Below, in pieces: positions 12,560-23,769 of a stretch of 64,000 nt of DNA (the first letter of the stretch is position 1; each line of letters opens with the position of its first letter). This DNA comes from Mobula hypostoma (taxonomy: Eukaryota). A model generated the notes under the pieces. That model had not been told where the DNA came from, made no database searches, and saw only the letters and a list, made by a program, of their open reading frames with translations. The translations under genes were made by a program, and so were the position numbers. The stretch covers positions 96,596,001 to 96,660,000 of the forward strand of contig NC_086107.1 of the NCBI RefSeq assembly GCF_963921235.1, given 5' to 3'.

Positions 12560-13100
12560 TTGAAAGTTTTATTGATGATTTTCATTTATACTGTGTCCGA
12601 GGCTTCTCACTTCAGTGTCCAACAATAATCAGCCAGCATTGACGAATTCCATTTGCCCTGATATCATTTCACCACGTCCACCATGCACCATGCTCGTCAT
12701 TGACAGTGCCAAGATTTGCAGGGAAGAAGTCTAAATGGGAATGCAGAAAATGAATCTTTAGTAACATGTTGCACTTCATGGTTTTGTGTGCTTGAAGTAT
12801 GATGTCAACCAGCTGCACATAGTTTGATGCTCAGTAGTTAGACTGAAAACTTTCAGCGATGACCTTGAATGCCTTCTATGCAATTTTCTCCGGTCCCACT
12901 AGAAGTTCATGGAATTGCCTGTCATTGTTGACCAGTTTGATATGTAGACCAACAAAAATGCCTTCCTTAATCTTGGCATCAGTTACTCTGACTTGAATTA
13001 TGAATTGAAATAACAAATCTATGCGATTATAAAAAAAAAAGGTGATTTTCATGATCAGCGGTCGAAAATCCATAAGATACACCCAAAAGTATTCAGGAAG
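12560..13100 (-). mobile_element. CMC/Chapaev-3-like transposase remnant
   Basis: The minus strand gives DAKIKEGIFVG..LLVGPEKIA..KCNMLLKIHFLHSHLDFFPANLG..DEHG..YQGKWNSSMLADYCWTL, the C-terminal signature I recall for Chapaev-3 transposases; stops and frameshifts present; termini not identified. Confidence 0.75.
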
Positions 13101-13525
13101 CAAAATCTTTTTTGATGAGTGTAATTAGAACAAGCTCTTGCTACCCTTTACTCAAAGATGAGTGTAATTGTTTGCCTTTCTAATTGCTTGCTTAACAAAC
13201 ATATTAAATATAAGTGATTTGTGTACAGGTACACCTGGTCTCTATGAACACCAATACCTTTCAGTGGCAAGTGTCCCTCCCCATCTCATTGCTGAAGCTG
13301 CTCACTGACATCAAAGTACCTGTGCCACCATATACTACCTTGAGGTTCATTTTCTTGGAGGCATTCACATTGGAGCAAAGAAATTGGATCAATGAAAAAC
13401 TACACACAAACAAAGACTGACAAACAACCATTGTGCAAAAGAAGGCAAACTATGCAAATAAAAACAATAATAAATGAATAAATAATACTGAGGACAAGAA
13501 TTGTAGAGTCCTTGAAAGTTAGCCC

Positions 13526-14903
13526 TGTCATGGTCCAGTCCGTGAAGTCCATATTCCGGTTCACGGTCCGGTCCATCGACCCTTGCTCCAGGTTTTCCTG
13601 TCTACCCTGTTTCTGTTCTTGTTGAGCTCTAATTGAGGCAGCTGATGCTCGTTGGGGCTGGCTGCATAAATACCTTCAGAGACCAGGGCATGGCTGCTGG
13701 ATTGTTCTTGTCCTTACTCCCTGTATCCCTTCCTCAGCCTTCCGTTTCCTCACCTGAAGCCCTGCCTTGTCTTGCTGGTAACTCTCACCTCGCCTGAAGT
13801 TCTCATCTCACCTTGCTTTGCCAGAAGCCTTGCCTTGTCTTGCCGGTAACTCTTGCCTCACCTGAAGTTCTCGTCTCGCCTTGCATTGCCTGAAGCCTTG
13901 CCTTGTCTTGCTGGTAACTCTCGCCTCGTCTTGCCTGCAGTCTTGTCCTGGAGCCACCCTGTACCTAGCTCCCTTCCTGTCCCTTGCCTCCGCCCAGGTA
14001 AGCCAGGCCGTCTTGCCGTTACCTGCGGTCGGTTCTGTCCCTTCCTGTCCCTTGCCTCTGTTGGGTAAGCCAGGCCGTATTGCCGTTACCTACGGTTGGT
14101 TCTGTCCCTTCCTGCCCCTTGCCTCCGTTGGGTAAGTCAGGCCGTCTTGCCATCACCTGCAGTTGGTTCTGTCCCTTTCTGTCCCTTGCCTCTGTCGGGT
14201 GGTGATCCGCGCCCTGCCCAGGAGTACCGCGCCCTGCCCAGGGGGAGCCTCTAGCCTCCGGCCTCCAGTCAAGTCTCCAGCCTCCAGCCTCCTGCCAAGC
14301 CTCGCCTCAAGTCTCTAACCTCTAGTCTCAAGCCTGAAGACTCCAGCCTCCTGCCAAGCCTTGCCTCTAGCCTCTAGCCTCAAGCCTGAAGACTCCAGCC
14401 TCCTGCCTCCTGCCAAGCCTCACCTCGTCCCTAGCCTCTAGCCTCAAGCCTGAAGACTCCAGCCTTCTGCCTCCTGCCAAGCCTCACCTCTAGCCTCTAG
14501 CCTCAAGCCTGAAGACTCCAGCCTCCTGCCTCCTGCCAAGCCTCGCCTCGCCTCGTCTCTAGCCTCTAGCCTCAAGCCTGAAGACTCCTGCCTCCTGCCA
14601 AGCCTCACCTCTAGTCTCTAGCCTCAAGCCTGAAGACTCCAGCCTCGTCTTGCCTGCCAGCCAAGCCTCGTCCTTGCCTAGTTCTGGGGTCCGAGCCAGA
14701 GGCAAGACCCAGGTACTGGGTTCTTGTCCAGTCTCTGGCTTGGAGTTCGAGCCCGGGCTCCTAGCTCTCTTGTCCAGTCCAGTTCCGGGTTCCCGGTTTT
14801 CGTGTCCATGTCCTTGCCCTCACCCCGTATCCAAGTCCTGTCCCTAGTACTTCAGTGTCTGTGTCTTGCACTTGGGTCTGTTCCTAGCCACCTCCGTATG
14901 ACA
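13526..14903 (+). mobile_element. Solo LTR (Gypsy-like), 1378 bp, with internal minisatellites
   Basis: TGTCAT...ATGACA ends; exact 5-bp TSD AGCCC (13521-13525, 14904-14908) interrupting a LINE tail; TATA-like CATAAATA 13665-13672; 3' end ctt-gcacttgggtc..tgaca resembles fish Gypsy LTRs. Strand is inferred. Confidence 0.8.
13753..14650. repeat. Three minisatellite arrays inside the solo LTR
   Basis: 68-bp unit x about 2.6 (13753-13935); about 67-bp unit x about 3.4 (13973-14200); about 55-65-bp unit tagcctcaagcctgaagactccagcctcctgcc.. x about 6 (14270-14650). Confidence 0.85.
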
Positions 14904-15276
14904 AGCCCATAGGTTGTGGCTGCTGCTTGTGAACATTTGCTGAGTGTTTTTCCTATATTATTCAAGTAACAGCAAGTTAGCTGAACATCTTTTGGTTATT
15001 AAAGCACTTGGAACATTCAAACTGTTAACAGAAATTAAAGACTTTCTGTTCAGCCATTCCATTCATTCTCTTATAGGAGCCAACATCTGTGGCTTTAGCA
15101 TACACCAGATTGACTATTTGGCTTGATTCTGTGTTACACACTCCATAAATCCTTCCAATGCCACTCAGAACAGCTTCTCAGCTGCTGATTATTCCATTAT
15201 CTTTCCCCTATCTGACCTAGAGTGATTCAGGTCAACCAGAGTGTCTGAATTTCAATTGCCTCTTCAGACCAGGGGC

Positions 15277-15672
15277 ATTCATCACCATCATTATGTGCCA
15301 TATGGTATAACATAGATGATCATGGTCCCACGACCATGATTGTTTGTGCCTTCTTTCTCTACAGAAGTGGTTTGCCATCGCCTTCTTCTGGGCAGTGTCT
15401 TTACAAGATGGGTGACCCCAGCCATTATCAGTACTCTTCAGAGATCGTCTGCCTGGTGTCAGTGGTCGCATAAGCAGAACTTGAGATATGCACCAGCTGC
15501 TCATATGACCATCCAACACCTGGTCCCTAGGCTTAATGTGACCCTGATTGTTGCGGGGGGGGGTGGATAAACAGGTGTTACACCTTACCCATGGGTGACC
15601 TACAGAAGAGCAGAGGGAAGGAGCACCTTGCACATTCTTTGGTAGGGATGTATCTCCACCTTGCCACCCGCA
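15277..15672 (-). mobile_element. SINE with RTE-type 3' tail (copy 1)
   Basis: Reverse complement of 59672-60008; contains GAAGGCGATGGCAAACCACT, similar to the RTE/BovB 3' end. Confidence 0.7.
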
Positions 15673-16899
15673 GGGGCATTAGGGATGGGCAATAAATTCT
15701 GGAATTGCCACTGATGTCGACATCCTCCAAATGAAACACAAATCCTTTAGTCCTTCTCTCCCTGTCACTCAACACTGGAGAATCCCAACGTGGTATTCCT
15801 AATTATTTTCTTACCAAAACCTCCAACCGTTACCCTTAAACCCAATGTTCTTTTTCCACAATCAATATTTTCTTACCCTAGTCTTCAGACGTCAGCTTAT
15901 TTAAAAACAAAGCTTGGGGATTTTTTGATGAATAAATGGCGAGAAGGAAGCAGTAAGAAGTTCCTAACCATTACCATCAAATGATTCAATGGTCTAACTT
16001 CAACAATAAATTCAACATTGACTAATTAAGCACAAGCAGAAATTGGTGAGTTTTTAAATGTCTGCTTGGATGTTCAAGGTAAAGGGACTTCCTGACTCAT
16101 AAAACATTTGTTCTGGGACTTGGTGGAAACCCAGCATTTCCTGTCCATCATCTAGCTGTTCTAGATACAACAGCTAAGTCCAAAGGCCTGTTAATGGCTA
16201 ATCAATTTCACTAACTTACTAAGTTTACCACACCGGATAATGATGGCAATCTTCCTTTAAACTTCTAAGTTACCTGACTGTTTTTTTTCCCCCTTACAAT
16301 CCCACAGCTTCATGAACACTTTTAGTAGTACTGGCTTCAGATTTCCAGATAAGTGATAGAATAATACATTTGAAAGGCCCCCGCTTAATCACACTGGATC
16401 CTTGGTCTAGGGGGATTGGCTCTGCAGGATCCTGCCACAGATGTGCACACAGAACTTCCTGAGACAACAGTCTGTAAGTCTAGTTCACACTTTGCTCAAG
16501 CAGGTTGTAGACATCCTGTAGGTTAAGTAGCATCTGTGGGAAGAGAAAGGTTAACATTGTTGATCCAAGACTCCTCTGAGATGAAACATTCAGTCTATTT
16601 CTCTTTCTGCAGGTACTGCCTCACCTGCTGACTGTCTCTTGTGTTTCATGTGTTTGTGTTGGATTTGGTATTTTCAGTAGCTTGGTTGATCTTCATGGGT
16701 ACATCACTGTTGGAGCCTTAGCCGTTCCTTGCTGCCCTTCAAAGCAGAGCAGAGGGCATATGTTTGTGCGGGGGTTAGAATGCTGTGTAAGATGGATTGT
16801 GCATCTGATTCCTATGGATACTGACTTGGGAATGTTCTTCTCAGGCAGTTTCTCTCAAATCCAGGATACCTTGCTTGGGGGCGGGGGTGTCATTCAGTA

Positions 16900-17810
16900 A
16901 TTTAGCATTTAAAAAATCAGACCCTTCGGCCCATTATTTCAGTGCCAACCATCAATTGCCAATCTATACTAATCCCTACTATGCTTTGGCAATTCAAGTG
17001 CTTGCCCAGATGTTCCTTAAACGTCATGAGAATCTCTGCTTCCATCACCACTTCAGGCAGTGTGCTCTGTATTTTAACCATCCTCTGGGTGAAAAAACAT
17101 CCTCCTATTCTTTCAAAACTTCTCACTCCTCACCTTAAGTCTCTGACCTTTGATGTTAAACACCTCTGCCACAGGAAAAAATATTTTGTTGTCTACCTTC
17201 TCTATGGCTTTCTTAATGTTGTACTCTTCAATCTGCGATCCACCCCCGCATCCTCTGCTCAAAGGAAAACAAACCCAGCCTATCCAGTCTCCATGTGTAT
17301 CTCTTCCTGTCGTGCAGTGACCAGTGTTGCACAGGATGTTCCAGCTGTAGCCAAAGTAATGTTTTATAAAGTTCAACAAAGACTTTGCTGCTCTTATGTT
17401 CTGTGCCACAGCTAAAGAGGGCAAGCACCTCATGTGCCTTCTTCCCCACCTTATCTACTTGTGCTGCCACCTTCAGGGATCTCTGGACTTGGACACCATG
17501 ATCCATTTGTTCCTCAATGCATTCATCGTACTGCATGTGTCCTACCCTCATTAGACCAGACAAAATGTATCACCTCACACTTATTAAATTCCATGTGCCA
17601 TTACTGTGCCTGGCTTACTTGCTGATTAATATCCTTTATAGCTTTTGACTGTTCTCCTCACTATCAACACCACCGTCAATTTCCATGCCAAAGACCCATT
17701 GAGCCTTACAGAGTGGAAAAAGGTCCTTTGGCCCAACTCAACCATGCCAACTGTGTTGCCTGATGAGCTAGCGCCGTCTGCTAGTGTTTGGCCCATAGAC
17801 CTCTAAATCT
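16900..17810 (-). mobile_element. Degenerate CR1 LINE fragments
   Basis: FFTQRMVKI..LPEVVME..FKEHL; VQRSLKVAAQVDKV..KKA; LYKTL..LEH. Confidence 0.75.
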
Positions 17811-17939
17811 CTTCTTGTTTTGTGCTAATCGCAGCTCACACAGATTATGGAGTTTCATTACTGCCACCTACTGTAATGGAGTATGACAGGAGCTGTCACG
17901 GGGATCAGATCCTGCCTCCCAAACCTGTTTTAATTAAAA

Positions 17940-18330
17940 AGTTCACCAGAGCCCTACATGTCGTAACCATCCCTGCTGCCCGTGCCAGAATATCCTGCAA
18001 CCTAGGCACCCCAGATCTACCCAATAATCACCTAAGCACCTTCCTACATTCCAATTACTATCTGTGGCACACCATGATCATGTGTTCCACTGTCTCCAGT
18101 ACCTTACAAAAGTCACACCTCCTGTTCCCATGTTTACCAACAAGTGCCAAAGTAGAGTGCAAACCCTGTGTATCCTAACCTCAGTCTTGCCAACCACACA
18201 TCCTCCCTCCTATTCCTTCCCAAAAGGTGCCTCCCCTGATCTGATGGAACCAAATTATAATACCGCCTCCCTGTTTCACTCCTCTCCCACAAATTCTGCC
18301 ATTTTCTAATCCCTGCCAACCTAATACAAA
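17940..18330 (-). mobile_element. I/Nimb-type LINE C-terminal fragment
   Basis: WQNLWERSETGRRYYNLVP..RREDVWLARLRLGY followed by ETVEHMIMVC (about 18068-18097), the end of a CCHC zinc knuckle. Confidence 0.6.
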
Positions 18331-18627
18331 ATTTGACTTTCCTATATTGTCTATAATGTCTACTTCTGTCTTAGTAAGTGCTTCTTTGCCATAACAGCTG
18401 CCCTTTCATTACCTGATACACCCACTTGTGCTGATACCCAACAAAAATGTACATGTATTCCTGCAGTCTCCAGAACATATAAATTGCAGTACGCACACTT
18501 CCATCAACAGATCAGGTGTCCTTGAGTGCTTTGTTTCCAAATTCTGCAGTCGCGAGGCAGAATCTGAGAAGATCATGCCTCTTTTTGGCTGCCCCTCCCA
18601 GCCTCATCTGCAAACTTACTAATTATC

Positions 18628-19515
18628 CACTCAGCTTCCACCAGTACACCTGCTCGTTAATGCAAATATCTAATCAGCCAATCATGTGGCAGCAACTCAA
18701 TGCATAAAACACACAGACATGGTCAAGAGGTTCAGTTGTTGCTCAGACCAAACATTAAAATGAGGAAGAACTTTAGTCCAAGTGACTTTGACCGTGGGTG
18801 GAATGATTGGTGGTGCCAGATGAGGTGGTTTGAGTATTTCTGAAATCCCGGGATCTCCTGGGATTTACATACACCGCAGTCTGTAGAATTTACAGTTTGT
18901 GGGGAAAAACAGAAAGGGAAATCCAGTGAACAGCAGTTCTGTGGGCAAGAATGCTTTGTTAATGAGAGCACGTGTGAACACATGACCAAGTGGTTAAGGC
19001 ATTGGACTAGCGATCTGAAGGTCGTGAGCTCGAGCCTCAGCCGAGGTAATGTGTTGTGTCCTTGAGCAAGGCACTTAATCACACATTGCTCTGCGACGAC
19101 ACTGGTGCCAAGCTGTATGGGTCCTAATGCCCTTCCCTTGGACAACATCGGTGTCGTGGAGAGGGGAGACTTGCAGCATGGGCAACTGCCGGTCTTCCGT
19201 AAAAACCTTGCCCAGGCCTGCGCCCTGGAGAGTGAAGACTTTCTAGGCGCAGATCCATGGTCTCGCAAGACTAACGGATGCCTTAATAATAATAATAATG
19301 AGAACAGTCAGATAGGAATAATCAGACGGGTTCAAGCTGACAGGAAGGCGACAGCAACTCAAAAAAAAACCCAGACGTTACAAGAGTGCTGTGCAGAAGA
19401 GCATCTCTGAATGCACAGCACTTCAGAACTTGCAGTGGATGGGCTCCAGCTGCAGAAGACCACGAACGTGCCTTCAGTGGCCACAGGAGGTTCGTAATAA
19501 AGTGGCCCTTCAGTG
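18628..19515 (+). mobile_element. Internally deleted Tc1 derivative, split by a SINE
   Basis: TIR remnants cactcag/cagtggccac; keeps N-terminal transposase DNA (GMIGGAR..GLSISE..DLLGF; VQADRKAT); the reverse-oriented copy lies at 22579-23097. Confidence 0.75.
18968..19295 (+). mobile_element. tRNA-derived SINE with RTE-like tail and (AAT)n end
   Basis: A-box-like TGACCAAGTGG, B-box-like GAGCTCGAGCC; 8-bp TSD TAATGAGA (18960-18967, 19296-19303); second, 5'-truncated copy at 34858-35103. Confidence 0.85.
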
Positions 19516-19899
19516 TCTCTCCCACATTTACAGGGACATTGTTTGACAAAGTCCTGTGTAGCTCCCAGATTTCCAATCACAAAAACAACCCTCCACCAGC
19601 CCAACTTAGTTCAGTTTGCCAACTTGTCTTGGATCCCTGGGCTGTCAGGTAAGTGATGAATCCAAGACGCGAAACACAGGGAGAGAGGGCGACAGTCTTT
19701 ATGAACTAGTACACTCGCTTCTGCTAACGCTGCGCTCCCAGTTCCCAATACCACTCCAAATTTTCGTTCTCCACCTTGTGTGGCAGAGATACCCAGAGCC
19801 CAGAAAAACTTGTCCGTTGCAAGCAATGAATTAAAAAAAAATTGTTTTATACATTTTCATTTTGACGTTGTCGAAAGTAGATTTTACGCTTAACTGCTT

Positions 19900-20900
19900 G
19901 GTTTGATCTAAGTCTAGCGAGTTTGAAGGGTAGCTGAAACGAGACCTCTCCGTGCCAGTTCTCCTCTCCCACTCTGTTCTTTTTGAAAGGTGAATCCTCT
20001 GACACGCCATCCAGGGGTTTGCCCGTCCTGCGGTATTTTGTATTCTTACCCGGAAGACAGGTGAGATATTATCTCTCATTATCATCCAGTTTTAAATGTC
20101 ACGCTGTTGGCATTTTCCTCCACCTCCTCCTCCTCCTCACGTGGCGCCTTTCCCCCCCCGGGAAGACAGGCGCGCATTTGGCTCGGTGGACCCGCGGCGG
20201 GGAGTTGGCCGTTGCAGCCGAGCGAGCGGCCGCAGGAAAAGAAGAAATGAAAAAAAATCCGAAGTACGTGTCAGAAGTTTTGCGGCCGTGCCTGTATTTC
20301 TTACAGTGTTCCGCCTGAAGAAAGTTTTGAAAATTTCTCAATACTTTCGATTGGCAATTTCACTCCAGGAGGATCAGTTTCGGTCGTCAGACCCAAGAGT
20401 GCAACTAACGATCCAAGTACAAAGATATAAACATATAATCCTTTTCTTTTCCATCTGATTCAGAAGTCTAACTTAAAAATAATCGTGATTCTGCACTGAA
20501 ATCGTACTGGACGTCGTCCGCGCCGATGGATCCGGGGGTCAGGCGAGCAGTAAGGTATGTATGCACGGTCTGATCTGCTGTGAGTATTGGCTACGGACGG
20601 GAATTTTAAATCCCCGCGGTTTACCCGAAGGCTAAAGTAAAACGGAGAGGGAGGTGAGTGAAGAGAAACATTTCCGAGTTCGTTGCATGGCCCGACTGCA
20701 CGGGAGCCGGGGTCTCAACGCAAAGGTGGACGACGACCGGCTGGTTGGAGTCCCCGCTGACACCAGGGCTGGTAGCGCGGAACCTCCTTCGTTCACCTAG
20801 AATGGTCAGCGTCCTTTGCTCAGGGACCTTGAAGCATTCAATTGCACAAGGGACAAGCCGCGGAGAGGGAACTGTACCTGGTTGTACAGCGCTCCACTGC
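19900..20900 (+). promoter_or_regulatory. CpG island, promoter and 5' exon region of the B7-family gene
   Basis: Unique, CpG-dense sequence; ETS-like CCGGAAG at about 20050; donors CAG|GTGAGA (20060/20061), AAG|GTATGT (20554/20555) and GAG|GTGAGT (20653/20654); acceptor TTCAG| at 20463. Confidence 0.75.
20526..20554 (+). CDS. B7-family gene, first coding exon (MDPGVRRAV + AG)
   Basis: gccgATGG in a good Kozak context, 29 nt, phase 2, donor AAG|GTATGT; phase-compatible with the leader exon at 43059. Human CD86 and ICOSLG also begin with a tiny phase-2 coding exon (recalled). Confidence 0.65.
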
Positions 20901-21194
20901 GAGCCGCTAAACCCTCAGAAGCATCACCTGTACACTTTGTACAAAGGCTGCTTATATTTTCAGTGTGTGAACGTCTTTAACATTTCCTCGCTTTTAATTT
21001 ACAATTTATTGGTTGATCAGCTGAGTCGTTTATCTGGTACTATGCGATATTGATGAGGCAGAACTGTCCCGATAGAGAGATTGTAGAGGTTGTGGGGACA
21101 AGTGATTCCCTTCTTCTGAACCCATTGTTTTCTTGGCTATGTGTCAGCCATTCCTTGAAATTTTGCACTTGGGTTGGTAATTTTATAGAAAGAC

Positions 21195-21420
21195 ATCTGG
21201 GTGGCAAGGTAGTGTAGTGGTTAGCATGACTCTTTACTCTCAGCAACATGCTGCTGTCTGTAAGGAGTTTGTTAGTTCTCCCTGTGACCGTAAGAAGTTT
21301 GTTCCTTCTCCCTGTGATGGGGTGGGTTTTCTCTGGTTTCCTCCCACAGTCCAAAGACCTACCAGCTGGTAAGCTAATTGGTCATTGTAAATTGTCCCAT
21401 GATTTGGCTAGGCAATTGCT
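21195..21420 (+). mobile_element. V-SINE/HE1-like tRNA SINE
   Basis: gtagtgtagtggttagc head; ggtttcctcccacagtccaaagac..taattggtcattgtaaattgtccc core. Confidence 0.8.
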
Positions 21421-22578
21421 GGCCGTATTCCACCCTGTATCTCTAAATTTAAAAATCTGCAAAGATTTGCTTGAGTTGAACACAGGTATCAACAGAATGC
21501 ATAGTTCAGTTGTGGATGAGTGTCTGAGAATATTTACCTTGAGACAAAACTATGAAGTGCTGTTTAAAAAGCCAATAAGTTCAGTAATGTTTGGTAAGGA
21601 CCGAAGTTGGTCTTTAGGTGGTCTGGTTTCTTGTAACTCAGACACACAGACGTGTGGTTGAATATTTACCTCTTGAAATGACTGAGCAAGGGATGAGATA
21701 TCAGCCCAGCCTGCAATGCCAATACCTCAAGCTAACGATGAGAATTTTTGATGAAGTCGCAGAGAGGATGATGCTGAGGTGGTATACATGATTCTCAAGC
21801 TGCTCAAATACAGCAAAAAGAAAGGGAGACCAGAATCCAGGAACATGTGCAACATGAACCTCAAGGTACGCCAAAATGAGTCTAAATGCGTGAATAGGTA
21901 GTGGAAATGGGATTGTTCTCTTTGGACTAGAGGCAAAGAGATCTTATTTAAAACCACAGAGGGTATAGATAGAGAAGTAAGGAAGAAATTGGCAGCAATA
22001 TTGAAAATCAGTGGGACATGGAATGAGAGTGAATAGAAAAGGACCAAAACTTGCATAAGGAGAAGCCTTCATCACACAGTGAATGTCTAGGGTCTTGGGA
22101 GAACTGCACAGGAGATGGACTGTGTTTTCAAATGGGAGCTGAATAATGTCTGGAAGGACTGAATCTGGAAAGTTATAGGGAGAGAGTTGGGGAACAAATG
22201 AGATTGCTTCCACAAAGAACCAGCCTCGACTCGGTGTCTTGTGCTGTAACCATTCTATAATTGTGTGAGGAAATAAAAGGCAAATGGATAGAAAGGTCAT
22301 AAGGAAATAGAGCTGAAGGAGACCGTCTAGCTTTTTGAGTCTGCTCTGCAATTAATTAAAAACATGGCTGATCCTCCATCTCAGCACCATTTTCCTGCAT
22401 GACGCCCATATCCCTTCAATCCCTTAATGTACAGAAATTTATCCACCTCCGTTTGGAATGAACTCAGTGACTGAGCTCCCACAGCCTCCTGAGCGAGCAA
22501 ACTTCAAAGATTCACCAATCTCAACGTGAAGAGGTTCTTCCTCATCTCAGTCCGAAGTGGTCCACCCTTTTCAGTTTA

Positions 22579-23097
22579 TACTCAGTGGACACTTTTATTA
22601 GCTACCTCTTCAACCTGATAAAGTGGCCACAGGGTGTATGTTCATGGTCTTCTGCTGCTGTAGCCCACCCACTTCGAGGGTTAATGGGTTGTGCTATCAG
22701 AGGTGGTCTTATGCACATCACTATTGTAACATGTCACCTTCCTATCAGCTTGAACCAGTCTGGCCATTCTCTTCTGACCTCTCTCATTAATAAGGCACTT
22801 TCATCTGCAGAACTGCCACTCACTGGACGCTGTTTTGTTTTTTTTTTGTACTCTATCCTCTGAGTCTAGAGACAGTTGTGCATGAAAGTCCTCGGAGATC
22901 AGCAGTTTCTAAGATACTCAAACCACCCCGGTCTGGTGCCAACAACTATTCCACAGTCAAAGTCACTTAGATCAAATTTCTTCCCCATTCTGATGTTTGG
23001 TCTGGGTAACAACTGAACCTCTTGACCAGGTCTGCGTGCTTTTTATGCACTGAGTTGCATGAACGAGTAGGTGTACAGATATACCTAACAAAGTGTA
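22579..23097 (-). mobile_element. Internally deleted Tc1 derivative (copy 2) with one hairpin end
   Basis: 22579-22638 reads ctcagtggacacttttattag..ctgataaagtggccacagggtg-TA (doubled TIR); the interior is the reverse complement of 18628-19515 without the SINE. Confidence 0.75.
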
Positions 23098-23769
23098 TGT
23101 TAAGTGGTTGAAATTCCCTTTTGCTGACTGATCTGTCAATAAGTTTGTCAAACAGTAACATAGAATGCATTTACATTTCCAATATGACACAACATGTATC
23201 AGATAGAGGAAAGGCCCTGAGGCAGTTATGTTGTGCGGTGAGTTGTTTTGGCCTGCAACTTTAGTGGAATGGGACCAAATTCAGTTGTTAAGTACAAAAG
23301 GGAAATGACTGATATTGAAAAATGGAGAAAACTCCAGAATTCTCAGGAAAGGTCGGGAGACTAATTGCACTCAATTCTCATTGTTTGAAGCATTAGCACA
23401 AAGAGTTCAGGAATGAAATGTCATTTTCAAAAATTAACCCAAGTAGTGTGCTGATTGGGACTGGAAGTCAAATAAGCTAAATTGTAAACTTAGACAAACA
23501 AAACAAGGCCTGTCTGAGATTAATAAGGGAAAGGGTGGTTGAGGGTCATGTCAGTTTTGTAGGCAAGGTGGTGGGTAGAGAGACAAACAGTCAGCCATGG
23601 AACAATGCTGAAGTTACAAAAATCAATGATGTTAGTTAGGAAGGAAGCGGACAGTACTGAGAATGTACAATGGGATGAGGCTGCTGCACAGGATCGAAGT
23701 AAGTTGCAGAAACTTGTAAAATTAGTCAGCTTCATCATGAGTACCAGCCTTGATAGTATCCAAAACATC

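Noticed and set aside
13753-14650. Tandem arrays as CRISPR-like repeat-spacer structures
   Set aside because: No unique spacers, eukaryotic context, and they lie inside an LTR; the same applies to 26266-26365 and 39298-39695.
19650-19680. GTGATGA..GAAAC as a hammerhead or C/D-box snoRNA
   Set aside because: C3 is missing, there is no stem II pairing, and no box D or terminal stem at a suitable distance.
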